Virus record (IMG/VR): IMGVR_UViG_3300045988_128069
Source: a virus
Strand: one strand, 5' to 3'
Length of the DNA stretch: 55,904 nucleotides
Under the pieces are notes generated by a model. The model searched no databases and was not told the DNA's origin. It worked only from the letters and a program-made list of their open reading frames with translations. Shown here one piece after another: positions 41,496 through 50,352 of this stretch; position 1 is the first letter of the stretch; each line of letters starts with the position of its first letter. The position numbers were made by a program, and so were the translations under genes.

Positions 41496-43073
41496 ATGCG
41501 AGCCAAGACAGCGGACGGAGCAGTTTATGCGTTTGCTGCGATCCGGGAACTGGAAAAAGAAAACTTCAAGCAGGCGCACAAGCTGAGTGTGGATTTGCAT
41601 AATAAGCTGGGTACGCTGCCGCGCTGCAATGACCTGATTGAGCTGAACCGGAATCTGCTGCTGTTCAATGCGCCGTATAACTTTGATTCCTTTTGCCAGT
41701 ACATTGAACTTGACCGTGACCCCAAAAGCCGGTTTTATATGCCGCGCCGAAAGCAGCTGATTCGGATGGTAAACACCCTGCAAAAACTGGAAGACGGGGA
41801 ACTGGACATTGCAGGAATCATGATGCCGCCCGGCACCGGGAAAAGTACCACTGCCATTTTTTATCTGACATGGCTTGCCGGACGGAACCCCGACATGCCG
41901 ATTTTAGGCGGAAGCCACAGCAACGCATTTCTGCGCGGCGTGTACGATGAATGCCTGCGAATTATGGCAAAAGGCGGGGAATATTTGTGGCGAGACGTGT
42001 TTCCCGGCGTGTGCATTGCCAGAACGAATGCGCAGGACATGATGATAGACATGTACAAGCCAAAGCGCTTTGCCACACTGGAATTTTCTTCTATCGGCAG
42101 CGGCAATGCGGGCAAGGTGCGTGCGCAAAAGCTGTTATACTGCGATGACCTTGTAAGCGGCATTGAGGAAGCCATGAGCCGGGAACGCATGGATAAGCTG
42201 TGGCAGCTGTATACAACGGATTTGCGGCAGCGCAAAATTGGTGAATGCCGGGAACTGCACATTGCCACACCCTGGAGTTTGCATGACCCGATGGACAGGC
42301 TGGAACGTAACAACGAAAACAACCCCAGGGCTGAATTTTTGCACATGCCTGCCCTGAACGAGGAAGAAAAAAGCAATTTTGATTATGCCAACGGGGTAGG
42401 GTTCAGCACCAAGTTTTATATTGACATGCGGGAATCAATGGATGATGCCAGCTGGCGTGCATTGTTTATGACAAGCCCGATTGAACGGGAAGGGCAGCTG
42501 TACCCAGAAGATCAGCTGCGCAGATACTTTGAGTTGCCGGATAAAGCGCCGGAAGCCATTATTGCAGTATGCGATACCAAAGAAAAAGGTTCTGACTATG
42601 CGGTTCTGCCCGTTGCATACAAATACGGGGATGATTTTTACATTGAGGAATGTGTTTGCGATAACGGCGCACCGGAAGTGGTGGAAACGCGGCTCTGGAT
42701 GGTTCTTGTAAAACATAAGGTTCAGCTGGCCCAGTTTGAAAGCAACAGCGCAGGCGGAAAAGTGGCAGAAAAATGCCAGCAGGAAGTAAAGGCGCACGGC
42801 GGAATAACCAGGATTGTGACCAGGTACACTACCGCAAACAAGGAAACCAAAATCATTGTAAATTCACCTTGGGTGATGGAACACTGCCTGTTCAAAGATA
42901 ATTCCGTTATCAAGAATAACAAGGAATACAGGCGTGTTTTGTCGTTTTTAACAGGGTACACAATGGCAGGGAAAAACAGACATGATGACGTGCCGGACGC
43001 ATTTGCAATGCTTGCACAATACGCTCAAGGCCTAAATGCGGGCAAAGTTGAAATTGGGACAAGAATTTGGTAA
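41496..43073 (+). CDS. terL: Terminase large subunit
   Basis: Walker A IMMPPGTGKST, C-terminal nuclease-like region; track ORF 41364..43073, first ATG at 41496. Confidence 0.8.
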   Translation: MRAKTADGAVYAFAAIRELEKENFKQAHKLSVDLHNKLGTLPRCNDLIELNRNLLLFNAPYNFDSFCQYIELDRDPKSRFYMPRRKQLIRMVNTLQKLEDGELDIAGIMMPPGTGKSTTAIFYLTWLAGRNPDMPILGGSHSNAFLRGVYDECLRIMAKGGEYLWRDVFPGVCIARTNAQDMMIDMYKPKRFATLEFSSIGSGNAGKVRAQKLLYCDDLVSGIEEAMSRERMDKLWQLYTTDLRQRKIGECRELHIATPWSLHDPMDRLERNNENNPRAEFLHMPALNEEEKSNFDYANGVGFSTKFYIDMRESMDDASWRALFMTSPIEREGQLYPEDQLRRYFELPDKAPEAIIAVCDTKEKGSDYAVLPVAYKYGDDFYIEECVCDNGAPEVVETRLWMVLVKHKVQLAQFESNSAGGKVAEKCQQEVKAHGGITRIVTRYTTANKETKIIVNSPWVMEHCLFKDNSVIKNNKEYRRVLSFLTGYTMAGKNRHDDVPDAFAMLAQYAQGLNAGKVEIGTRIW

Positions 43074-43091
43074 AAAACAACGTTAATGTGC

Positions 43092-43119
43092 TTGAAAAAT
43101 GTGAATTTTATAGTATAAT
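43092..43119 (+). promoter_or_regulatory. Promoter of the tRNA / structured-RNA island
   Basis: TTGAAA-16 nt-TATAAT. Confidence 0.55.
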
Positions 43120-43256
43120 AGTAAATGGAAAGGCTTTATAGTTTAGCTCTTTTCTTATGAACATTTTGTTCATACCTCCTAGGGTACGGAACCAGCGTCC
43201 TGCATATGCGCCGCCCTAAATATGGTTCTCCCGCTGGCTGAAATGCCAGCTATTGT

Positions 43257-43331
43257 GTCGCTATAGTTTAATGGCAAAACTCCTGGCTCATAACCGGGTG
43301 CTTGCAGGTTCAACCCCTGCTGGCGGCACCA
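43257..43331 (+). tRNA. tRNA-Met (anticodon CAT; could be initiator, elongator or Ile2-type)
   Basis: Hand-folded cloverleaf: 7-bp acceptor, D arm GTTT/AAAC, anticodon loop CTCATAA, T arm GCAGG-TTCAACC-CCTGC, encoded CCA. Confidence 0.8.
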
Positions 43332-43613
43332 GAGTGCGCTCTGCGGCGCACAACCGGCACTATATGGGCCGTTATCAGCCATATAGTGCCTGACAGGGCT
43401 TACCTTGTCCGCTGCGCCTGCAAAGCTGTCAAGCGCTTGGCAGGCGATATATACCGTATAGCCATATAAGGGCGCTGCGTTCCGAAGCAACGGCGCGGCG
43501 GAGGGTGCAAGGCCACCATACGGAACCAGATGCAAGGTCGCTCCTTGCTGTGTGGGCGGTGCGGTTTCCCCCACAAACGATGACAAAGCCTGTGAAAAGC
43601 AGGAACCGCACAT
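43332..43613 (+). ncRNA. Structured inter-tRNA spacer, probably part of a larger ncRNA
   Basis: No credible ORF; 12-bp perfect stem GGCACTATATGG/CCATATAGTGCC, CGCCTGC/GCAGGCG, GTGCGGTT/AACCGCAC and nested stems. Confidence 0.45.
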
Positions 43614-43688
43614 GCTGTTATAGCTCAATGGTAGAGCAGCCGCCTTGTAAGCGGCAGGCTACTGGTTCAAGTCCAGTTGGCAGCTCCA
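43614..43688 (+). tRNA. tRNA-Thr (anticodon TGT)
   Basis: Cloverleaf: acceptor GCTGTTA/TGGCAGC, D arm GCTC/GAGC with GG, anticodon loop CTTGTAA, T arm ACTGG-TTCAAGT-CCAGT, CCA. Confidence 0.85.
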
Positions 43689-43789
43689 AGGCCGATGATA
43701 CGGGTAAAAGATTCAGCCCAGAGCTGAAGTTCCCTGTTAGGCAATCCCTGCACACCTCTCTTTGATGTGTCCCATGCAGGGCTTTTGAT

Positions 43790-43862
43790 GCAGTCATAGC
43801 TTAATAACGTTGGAAAAGCAGCGCCTGTGTGTGCCGTTGCAGGTTCGAGGCCTGCTGACTGC
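43790..43862 (+). tRNA. Aberrant tRNA-like element (perfect acceptor and T arm, non-canonical D, anticodon and variable regions)
   Basis: GCAGTCA/TGACTGC acceptor, GCAGG-TTCGAGG-CCTGC T arm; 13-nt D loop and no standard anticodon arm plus variable loop can be drawn. Confidence 0.4.
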
Positions 43863-44298
43863 TATTGTTGGGTCGCTCCCACCGGTGAAAGCCCGGCGCA
43901 GGAAACGCGATAGAACCTGAACGCTGTAAGCAAAGCGGCAAGCCGATCAGGAGCGCGGCGCGGCGGCAGACCGCAACGGGACTTCGAGAGCCTGAAAAAG
44001 TCTGCCCGGCATCTGCTTGTGCGGACTCTGTTACTGATGCAGTTACGCATCGCCGAAACCCATAACATCAAAGCAGAAACCGTAAACCGACAGACGGGAT
44101 ATAAAACGGGCCGGACACCGCGGAGTGACTTCCTACGCGGGATATAAATAGAGGAAATCAAAAACAGGCGTACCATCACGCGCATAGCACTGGATGCCGC
44201 CTGTTATGTTGCAAAGCCTGCTACTTTGCAACGGGTGAGCCCGGCATAGCATAAACCGGGAGGGCGGGAACGGGGTTATTTTTGAAAGAAGGGATAAA
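43863..44298 (+). ncRNA. About 430-nt ORF-free GC-rich structured region (candidate large ncRNA)
   Basis: Multiple local stems (GTTGCAAA/TTTGCAAC, CCCGG/CCGGG, CCGCG/CGCGG, GCGG-CAGA-CCGC); direct repeat CGGGATATAAA at 44095 and 44138. Confidence 0.4.
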
Positions 44299-44448
44299 TT
44301 GCGAGTAAGTGTTTACTGCCCGTGCTGCGGTGCGGCAGGAATCAAGCGGAAGCTGATGGAAGTTGATACAGCAGCAAAGGGAACGATTTATCCCTATTGC
44401 AAAGCGTGCAAGCGGAACATTGAAATCCATTTGCCGCTGAAAAAATAA
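44299..44448 (+). CDS. Cysteine-rich KTR-like zinc-ribbon protein (49 aa)
   Basis: TTG start; VYCPCCG..KRKL....YPYCKACK. Confidence 0.4.
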   Translation: MRVSVYCPCCGAAGIKRKLMEVDTAAKGTIYPYCKACKRNIEIHLPLKK

Positions 44449-44449
44449 A

Positions 44450-44515
44450 GTGCCAAGTGCCCTGTGCCAAGTGCTAGCTGAACCTTAATTGGTTTGGCTG
44501 GCACTTTTTGTTTTT
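44450..44515 (+). promoter_or_regulatory. Late cassette copy 3: tandem GTGCCAAGTGC + terminator hairpin
   Basis: 11-mers 44450..44460 and 44464..44474; 16-bp hairpin 44469..44506 then TTTGTTTTT. Confidence 0.6.
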
Positions 44516-44532
44516 GTGCAAAGGAGAACAGC

Positions 44533-45999
44533 TTGGAAAGATATCTTGTTGACATCCTGCCGGATGAGGGTTTGCACGGCAGACGGGTCATTACCACAAA
44601 CGAGCAGAAAATTACAGCGGATAACGTTGTAAAGGTGCTGAATACTGCCCTTGCCACCCACGACAGGAACCGGGGAGAAATCCAGTATTTGTGGGATGTT
44701 TACCGGGGCAAGCAGGATATCCGAAAAAAAGAAAAAATCGTCCGTGAGGAAATCAACAACAAAATCACGGTGAACATTGCAAATGAGATTGTGACGTTCA
44801 AAACAGCATTTCTACTTTCCGGCCCTGTGCAGTATATCGGTGCAAAAGGTAGCAAGACGGACAACAACAAACTGGTTAATTTGAACCGCTGGATGTCAGA
44901 TGAGGACAAACAGAGCAAGGACAAAGAAATCGTTGACTGGATGCACATTGCGGGGCTTGGCGTGCGGATGGTTCTGCCTGACCCCGGCGCGGAACAGGCG
45001 GGAAGCCCTGCCTGCATTTATACCCTTGACCCGCGTGAAGCGTTCGTCATCTACTACAGCGGCTATACCAAAAAGCCAATGGCAGGTGTGCTGACACAGT
45101 ACGATGAAAACGATGCCAAGTATTACGGTGTTTACACTGACAGCGAATATTTTGAAATCAAAAGCGGGAAAATCACCCGGAAGGCTGGGCATTTGTACGG
45201 CAGTGTGCCGATTGTGGAATACCCCAACAACAGTGCAAGAATGGGCGCGTTTGAAGTAGTGCTGCCGCTTCTGAATGGCATTAACACGCTGGAAAGCAAC
45301 CGCGTGGATAACGTGCAGGATTTTGTAAATGCGTATGACGTATTCCAGAACGTTGATTTGGAAGACGGCCAGTACAGCCAGCTTGCCAGTGGCGGTAAGT
45401 TTATCAAAATCAAAGATTCCCAGCAGGGGATGCCTGCAAAAATTTATCGCATCAGCAGTGAGATGAACAGTTCTACTGTGCAGACCGCTGTGGATGATTT
45501 GCATGATAAGATTTTGACCATCTGTGGCATGCCGAACCGCAACGGCGGTTCTTCCACCAGCGATACCGGGCAGGCAACCATTATGCGCGATGGCTGGAAA
45601 GACGCAGAAAGCCGCGCCCAGGACAGTGAAGACATGTTCCGGCGCAGTGAACGGCAGTTCTTGCGTGTGTTCCTGACCATTTGCAACACAACAAATAATC
45701 TTGGCCTGAATGTAGGGGATGTGTACGCACAGTTTACCCGCAACAACCTGACTGACATCCAGAGCAAGATGCAGGTATTTATTCAGGGCCTGGGCTGTGA
45801 AAAGATCGCGCCAGAAACGGTATACCGCGAACTTGGCCCGTTCCGTGACAATGAAATGGCCTTGCAGGAGGGCATGAAATATTACGAGGAAAAACAGGCA
45901 GAGCTTGAAAAAAGTCTGAATGAGGAGCTTGACAATGGACTGGAAACCGACGGACAGCGCAATCAGGCTGCTGAACCGCAGGGCGATACGCAGGTTTGA
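44533..45999 (+). CDS. Portal protein (SPP1 gp6 type)
   Basis: TTG 44533 after AAAGGAG; size, position and IQYLWDVYRGKQ..NNKITVNIANEIV pattern. Confidence 0.8.
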   Translation: MERYLVDILPDEGLHGRRVITTNEQKITADNVVKVLNTALATHDRNRGEIQYLWDVYRGKQDIRKKEKIVREEINNKITVNIANEIVTFKTAFLLSGPVQYIGAKGSKTDNNKLVNLNRWMSDEDKQSKDKEIVDWMHIAGLGVRMVLPDPGAEQAGSPACIYTLDPREAFVIYYSGYTKKPMAGVLTQYDENDAKYYGVYTDSEYFEIKSGKITRKAGHLYGSVPIVEYPNNSARMGAFEVVLPLLNGINTLESNRVDNVQDFVNAYDVFQNVDLEDGQYSQLASGGKFIKIKDSQQGMPAKIYRISSEMNSSTVQTAVDDLHDKILTICGMPNRNGGSSTSDTGQATIMRDGWKDAESRAQDSEDMFRRSERQFLRVFLTICNTTNNLGLNVGDVYAQFTRNNLTDIQSKMQVFIQGLGCEKIAPETVYRELGPFRDNEMALQEGMKYYEEKQAELEKSLNEELDNGLETDGQRNQAAEPQGDTQV

Positions 46000-46525
46000 A
46001 AAAGCATCCCGGCAGATAACACAGTTTGATGAATTGAACGTTATGCCCGCCTGCAAGCAGCTATACCAGGATATTGCCAAAGACAATCAGGAAGTCTTTT
46101 TAGAACTGGCAAAAAAATGCTACCAGGATGCCGAAGTTCACGGCAAAGAAAAACCCGACAAAACATGGCTGCTTGCCTTGCTTGCCGGATACAGCGCCGT
46201 TACCGGCTATGTGTACGAACACGAGATTGACCGAAAGCGGGCCTACCTAGAAGAGGGGCTTTTGAGCCGGACAAACCATAAGAACGAATTCCGGCGTGCA
46301 TTGCGGTATTGGAGCGATATGACGTACCAATACGCCGATGACGTGACCGATTCTGCAAGAATCAAGGCATTTACAGATGCCGGAGTAGAACAGGTGCAGT
46401 GGCACACTGCCGGGGATGAAAAAGTGTGCCAGGTTTGCCGGGAACGCAACGGAGAGATTTACCCGATTGATAATATCCCCGATAAACCCCACAGAAAATG
46501 CAGGTGTTGGCTGACACCTGTTTGA
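45935..46525 (+). CDS. Minor head protein (SPP1 gp7 / Mu F-like)
   Basis: C-terminal VQWHTAGDEKVCQVCRERNGEIY..PHRKCRCW; follows the portal gene. Confidence 0.7.
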   Translation: MDWKPTDSAIRLLNRRAIRRFEKASRQITQFDELNVMPACKQLYQDIAKDNQEVFLELAKKCYQDAEVHGKEKPDKTWLLALLAGYSAVTGYVYEHEIDRKRAYLEEGLLSRTNHKNEFRRALRYWSDMTYQYADDVTDSARIKAFTDAGVEQVQWHTAGDEKVCQVCRERNGEIYPIDNIPDKPHRKCRCWLTPV

Positions 46526-46529
46526 TCGC

Positions 46530-46576
46530 CAGAGAAGACGCTAAAACGCAAAGGTCAGAGAAGACGCTAAAACGCA
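46530..46576. repeat. 21-bp perfect direct repeat (period 26) upstream of the scaffold gene
   Basis: CAGAGAAGACGCTAAAACGCA at 46530..46550 and 46556..46576. Confidence 0.85.
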
Positions 46577-46621
46577 CAAATACGGGCGAGAGAACGCCGA
46601 CAAAATAACGCGGAGGCACCA

Positions 46622-47188
46622 ATGAAATTTGACACCAGCACCATTGACGGCTTTGAAAACATGAGCGATGCAGACAAGGTGACAGCGCTGCTTGGCGTTG
46701 ACCTGCCTGACCCGGTGGATACAAAGAACCTTGTAAAAAAAGAAGATTTTGACAAGGTTATGAGCGAAGCCAGCAGTTACAAAAAGCAGTTGAAAGAAAA
46801 AATGACTGCCGAAGAAACCGCTGCTGCAGAAGCCAAAGCCGCACAGGAAAAGTTGCAGAACGATTATAACGCACTGCTGAAAGAAAACACCATTTCTAAA
46901 AACGTTGCCAAGTATATTGCGCTTGGCTACGATGAAAAACTTGCAAAAAGTACGGCAGAAGCCCTTTTTGATGGCGACATGGAAACGGTGTTTGCCAATG
47001 CTGCAAAGGCCAATCAGATGCTTACAGACAAGCTGAAAGCAGACCTTATGCGCAACAGCCCCAGACCCAGCGGCGCTGGTACAAGCACCGAAGAAGAAAG
47101 CGAATACATGGCATTTGCCAAGCGCAGCGGCAAGGCAAAAGCACAGGCCAATGAGGCGGCCGCAAAAGTCATGGATTATTACAAGTAA
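46622..47188 (+). CDS. Scaffolding protein
   Basis: Coiled-coil, Ala/Lys/Glu-rich, located before the capsid gene. Confidence 0.65.
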   Translation: MKFDTSTIDGFENMSDADKVTALLGVDLPDPVDTKNLVKKEDFDKVMSEASSYKKQLKEKMTAEETAAAEAKAAQEKLQNDYNALLKENTISKNVAKYIALGYDEKLAKSTAEALFDGDMETVFANAAKANQMLTDKLKADLMRNSPRPSGAGTSTEEESEYMAFAKRSGKAKAQANEAAAKVMDYYK

Positions 47189-47199
47189 GGAGTGAAAGC

Positions 47200-47499
47200 A
47201 TGAAATTCAAGAAAACGGATGTTGCCGGTGCAGTTGAGATTCTGGCCAGCAATGATTTTACCGCAATCCCGTTTACCACAACCACCGCAAAAAAGGCTGG
47301 TGAAAAACTGACAGTTGACAGCCGCGTTGGCGTCGTGCTGTATGACGTTGACCCGGATGAAAACCCCAACGGCAGCCTGCTGGTTGCGGGCGTGATTGAT
47401 GCAGCAAAGGCAAAGGCACACAGCGGTATCGACCTTGCTGCAGAATCTGACCTGCCGGATACCATTATCCTGCGCACCAATACCGGCGTGAACGCATAA
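47200..47499 (+). CDS. Putative head decoration / capsid accessory protein
   Basis: 99-aa ORF between the scaffold and major capsid genes. Confidence 0.4.
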   Translation: MKFKKTDVAGAVEILASNDFTAIPFTTTTAKKAGEKLTVDSRVGVVLYDVDPDENPNGSLLVAGVIDAAKAKAHSGIDLAAESDLPDTIILRTNTGVNA

Positions 47500-47512
47500 C
47501 GGAGGTGAAAAC

Positions 47513-48580
47513 ATGAACCTTACTGAACTTTTTACACCTGAAATCATTGCGGCAAACTATACCGAAGCTGCTTCCAATGCAATCCCGTACCTGGGCAGCG
47601 GTTTGTTCCCCTCTGTAAAGCGTGCTGGCCTTGACCTGGCATGGATTAAGGGTCACAAGGGCCTGCCTGTTTCCCTGAAACCCTCTGCTTTTGATGCAAA
47701 GGCCACTTTCCGTGACCGCATCGGCGTGAGCAAGCTGGAAACCGAGATGCCGTTTTTCCGCGAGGGCTACAAGATTAAAGAAAAAGACCGCCAGGAGATT
47801 CTGCGTGCCCAGAGCAGCAATGACCCCTATGCGGCGGATGTCATCAACCGCATTTACGATGACCAGCAGGATTTGATTGCCGGTGCTGACGTTGTGCCGG
47901 AACGCATGCGCATGCAGCTGCTGTTCCCGGAGGGCGGCGCAATGGGTATTACCATCAAGGCCAATGGCGTGAACTACACCTACAATTATGACCCTGACAG
48001 CAAGTGGAAGGGCACCAATTACACCGCCCTGACCACCACTGACATGTGGACTGCCACTTCTACCGCAGACCCGTTCAAGCAGATTCAGACCATCAAGGAC
48101 AAGATGGCAAGCAATTACGGTGTAACCCTGGCTTACATGGTGATGAACACCACCACGTTCAACCTGATGAAAGCCACCGATGCCGTAAAGAATCGCTGGC
48201 TGACCGTAACCGGCCGCAGTATGGGCTACTTGACCAACGATGAAGCCAAAGATGTGATCGCATCCACTACCGGCATTCAGATCGTGATTTACGACAAGCT
48301 GTATGCCGATGAGAGCGGCGCAAGCCACAAGTTTGTTCCGGACGGCTATGTGAGCTTTATCCCGGAGGGCGCACTTGGCAAGACCGCTTACGGCACCACC
48401 CCGGAGGAAGCCGATCTGGCAGGTTCCGGCAAGGCAGATGTTGCCATTGTGAACACCGGCGTTGCCATTACCGTTGAAACCACCGTGCATCCGGTCAACG
48501 TAAACACCTACGCTTCCGAGATCGTGCTGCCCAGCTTTGAGCGGATGGACGAAGTTGCCGTTATGAAGGTGACTGCATGA
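47513..48580 (+). CDS. Major capsid protein (E-type family)
   Basis: 355 aa; N-terminal LFTPEIIAANYTE...YLGSGLFP pattern; position. Confidence 0.8.
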   Translation: MNLTELFTPEIIAANYTEAASNAIPYLGSGLFPSVKRAGLDLAWIKGHKGLPVSLKPSAFDAKATFRDRIGVSKLETEMPFFREGYKIKEKDRQEILRAQSSNDPYAADVINRIYDDQQDLIAGADVVPERMRMQLLFPEGGAMGITIKANGVNYTYNYDPDSKWKGTNYTALTTTDMWTATSTADPFKQIQTIKDKMASNYGVTLAYMVMNTTTFNLMKATDAVKNRWLTVTGRSMGYLTNDEAKDVIASTTGIQIVIYDKLYADESGASHKFVPDGYVSFIPEGALGKTAYGTTPEEADLAGSGKADVAIVNTGVAITVETTVHPVNVNTYASEIVLPSFERMDEVAVMKVTA

Positions 48581-48759
48581 CCTGGCTGATTCCCGATTAT
48601 GCAGTGTTTTACGGTGGTGAGCTTTGCGTGACCGGGAAAAAGGTGAAGATTGCCGACCAGGACAGTGCCGAAATGGCAAAATACGGGAAAGTAATAACCG
48701 AAAAGGCGGAAACACCCCCTGTGGTAGAACACCGGCGGGGCAGAAAGCCGAAAGTTTGA
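48577..48759 (+). CDS. Hypothetical protein (60 aa)
   Basis: Track ORF, ATGA overlap. Confidence 0.35.
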   Translation: MTWLIPDYAVFYGGELCVTGKKVKIADQDSAEMAKYGKVITEKAETPPVVEHRRGRKPKV

Positions 48760-48777
48760 TAAACGGCGGGTGACAAT

Positions 48778-49077
48778 ATGACAAGCTTTGAACGATTGCA
48801 AAAGCGTACAGGCGATGATGATTTAGAACTGCTGTCAGGTCTGCTTGACAGCGCGGAATCTGTCATACTGGCCCGCCGTTATCCTTTTGGCGGCGGTGAG
48901 CTGGAAGAGCGATACCGCGATTTGCAGTTCCGCATTGCTCTGGCAATGTACAACAAACTTGGCGCGGAATACGAAACCAGCCACAGCGAAAGCGGAATCA
49001 GCCGCACATGGGGCAGTGAGGATGTTCCGCAGCAGTTGTTGGAAGAAATTGTTCCGATTGGAAAGGTTGGCAGCTGA
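48778..49077 (+). CDS. Head-tail connector (gp6-like)
   Basis: Size, position and LLDSAESVILARRYPFG pattern. Confidence 0.55.
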   Translation: MTSFERLQKRTGDDDLELLSGLLDSAESVILARRYPFGGGELEERYRDLQFRIALAMYNKLGAEYETSHSESGISRTWGSEDVPQQLLEEIVPIGKVGS

Positions 49078-49430
49078 TGCGCGACCTGAAAGCCAATCAA
49101 AAGACGATATGGTATCAGAACAGCAGCGGATTTGCCGCCGTGAAAGATGAGTACGGAAACCGCACCGGCGAGGAACAGCCTATCATGGAACACGCTGAAC
49201 AGCTGAAAATCAGCGTGAGTGGCGCTGTTGGCGCAATGGAAGCCGCCGCTTTTGGCGGGTTTACAGATTACAGCCGGACAGCCTGCACGGCAAACACAAA
49301 CTGCCCTTTGCGGGAAGGAACGCTTATCTGGATTAACCGGGATTCTGACGAAAGCCCGAATTACGTTGTGACCAAAAAGGCAGATACCATAAACGGCATA
49401 TTGTATGCGCTGAAAGAAATCGTGCCATGA
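49077..49430 (+). CDS. Head closure / head-tail adaptor protein
   Basis: Position in the connector block, overlapping starts. Confidence 0.45.
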   Translation: MRDLKANQKTIWYQNSSGFAAVKDEYGNRTGEEQPIMEHAEQLKISVSGAVGAMEAAAFGGFTDYSRTACTANTNCPLREGTLIWINRDSDESPNYVVTKKADTINGILYALKEIVP

Positions 49431-49945
49431 AAATCAAGCTGGCGTTAAGCGAAAAAGGCATAGAACAGGCGATAAAGGAATACGAGAACTGGCAAAAAAC
49501 GCTGGAAACCCGCATTGAACAGTTTGTAAAAAGACTGTCAGAAATGGGGGCAGAAGTTGCCAAGATACGGTTTACTGCCGCCGTTTATGATGGTGACATG
49601 AGCGATATTGCGGTTCAAGTAGAACAGCACGGCAAGAAAGCCACGATTTACGCCACCGGGCAGGCCGTTTGCTTTATTGAGTTTGGCACAGGCGTTGCAT
49701 TTGCAGAGCATCCAAGCGGGCTGTATGCGCATGGTACATACGGCGATGGGAAAGGTTCAAACCCGAATGGATGGGTTTATGATGGCGTTCCCGGACCAAC
49801 GGCACAGCCTGTGTATAACCGCAAGGGCGAGCAAAAGCCCGGCGTTTGGCGGACAAAGGGCAACCCGCCCGCATGTGCCATGTGGGAGAGCGCGGCCCAG
49901 ATGGCTGCAAGTATAAAAACTGTGTGGGAGGAGGTAATGCGTTGA
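49427..49945 (+). CDS. HK97 gp10-like neck protein
   Basis: Position; FIEFGTG motif. Confidence 0.55.
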   Translation: MKIKLALSEKGIEQAIKEYENWQKTLETRIEQFVKRLSEMGAEVAKIRFTAAVYDGDMSDIAVQVEQHGKKATIYATGQAVCFIEFGTGVAFAEHPSGLYAHGTYGDGKGSNPNGWVYDGVPGPTAQPVYNRKGEQKPGVWRTKGNPPACAMWESAAQMAASIKTVWEEVMR

Positions 49946-50337
49946 CAGAGGATTTTCAGCCGCAGATTTTTGAATTCTTTGCGCAAAAGCTGGAAGCAGA
50001 ATTCCCCGGCGTTAAATTAAGCAGCGTAATTACCGACCAGCCGCCCAGTTTCCCGTGCGTTCAAATCGAACAGGATGATTTGCCGACAGACCATGACAAC
50101 AGCGGCAGAATCAGATTTGTGAATGTGCGGCTCCGCGTGCGCGTTTACACAACGGGGAACACAAAAACAAGCCAGGCCCGGAAAATACAAATGTGCATTG
50201 ACGAGATAGCCAACAGTTTGAATTTTACTCGGCAAAGTTACATTACAAGCGGATACCTGTATCAAAACAGTGCGTACCGGGCGGAAACAACGTACCGTGC
50301 GCGAATGACCGAAGACGGGGTTTTGACCCGGACATGA
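49942..50337 (+). CDS. Tail completion / terminator-like protein
   Basis: TTG after GGAGG overlapping the upstream stop; position before the tail tube gene. Confidence 0.4.
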   Translation: MTEDFQPQIFEFFAQKLEAEFPGVKLSSVITDQPPSFPCVQIEQDDLPTDHDNSGRIRFVNVRLRVRVYTTGNTKTSQARKIQMCIDEIANSLNFTRQSYITSGYLYQNSAYRAETTYRARMTEDGVLTRT

Positions 50338-50352
50338 TAAGGAGTTGAAAAC

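Noticed and set aside
43862-44185. 107-aa minus-strand ORF (and 43179..43628, 149 aa) in the terL-portal gap
   Set aside because: These are Arg/Cys/Ser-rich nonsense composition typical of GC-rich non-coding antisense. They overlap tRNA genes and stem-rich RNA.
44896-46086. Large minus-strand ORFs inside structural genes (also 47465..48784, 53901..55082, 2797..3738, 1327..2082, 50017..50673)
   Set aside because: All lie antisense to well-supported portal, capsid, tape measure or tail genes. They have atypical composition and no RBS. They are GC-driven shadow ORFs.
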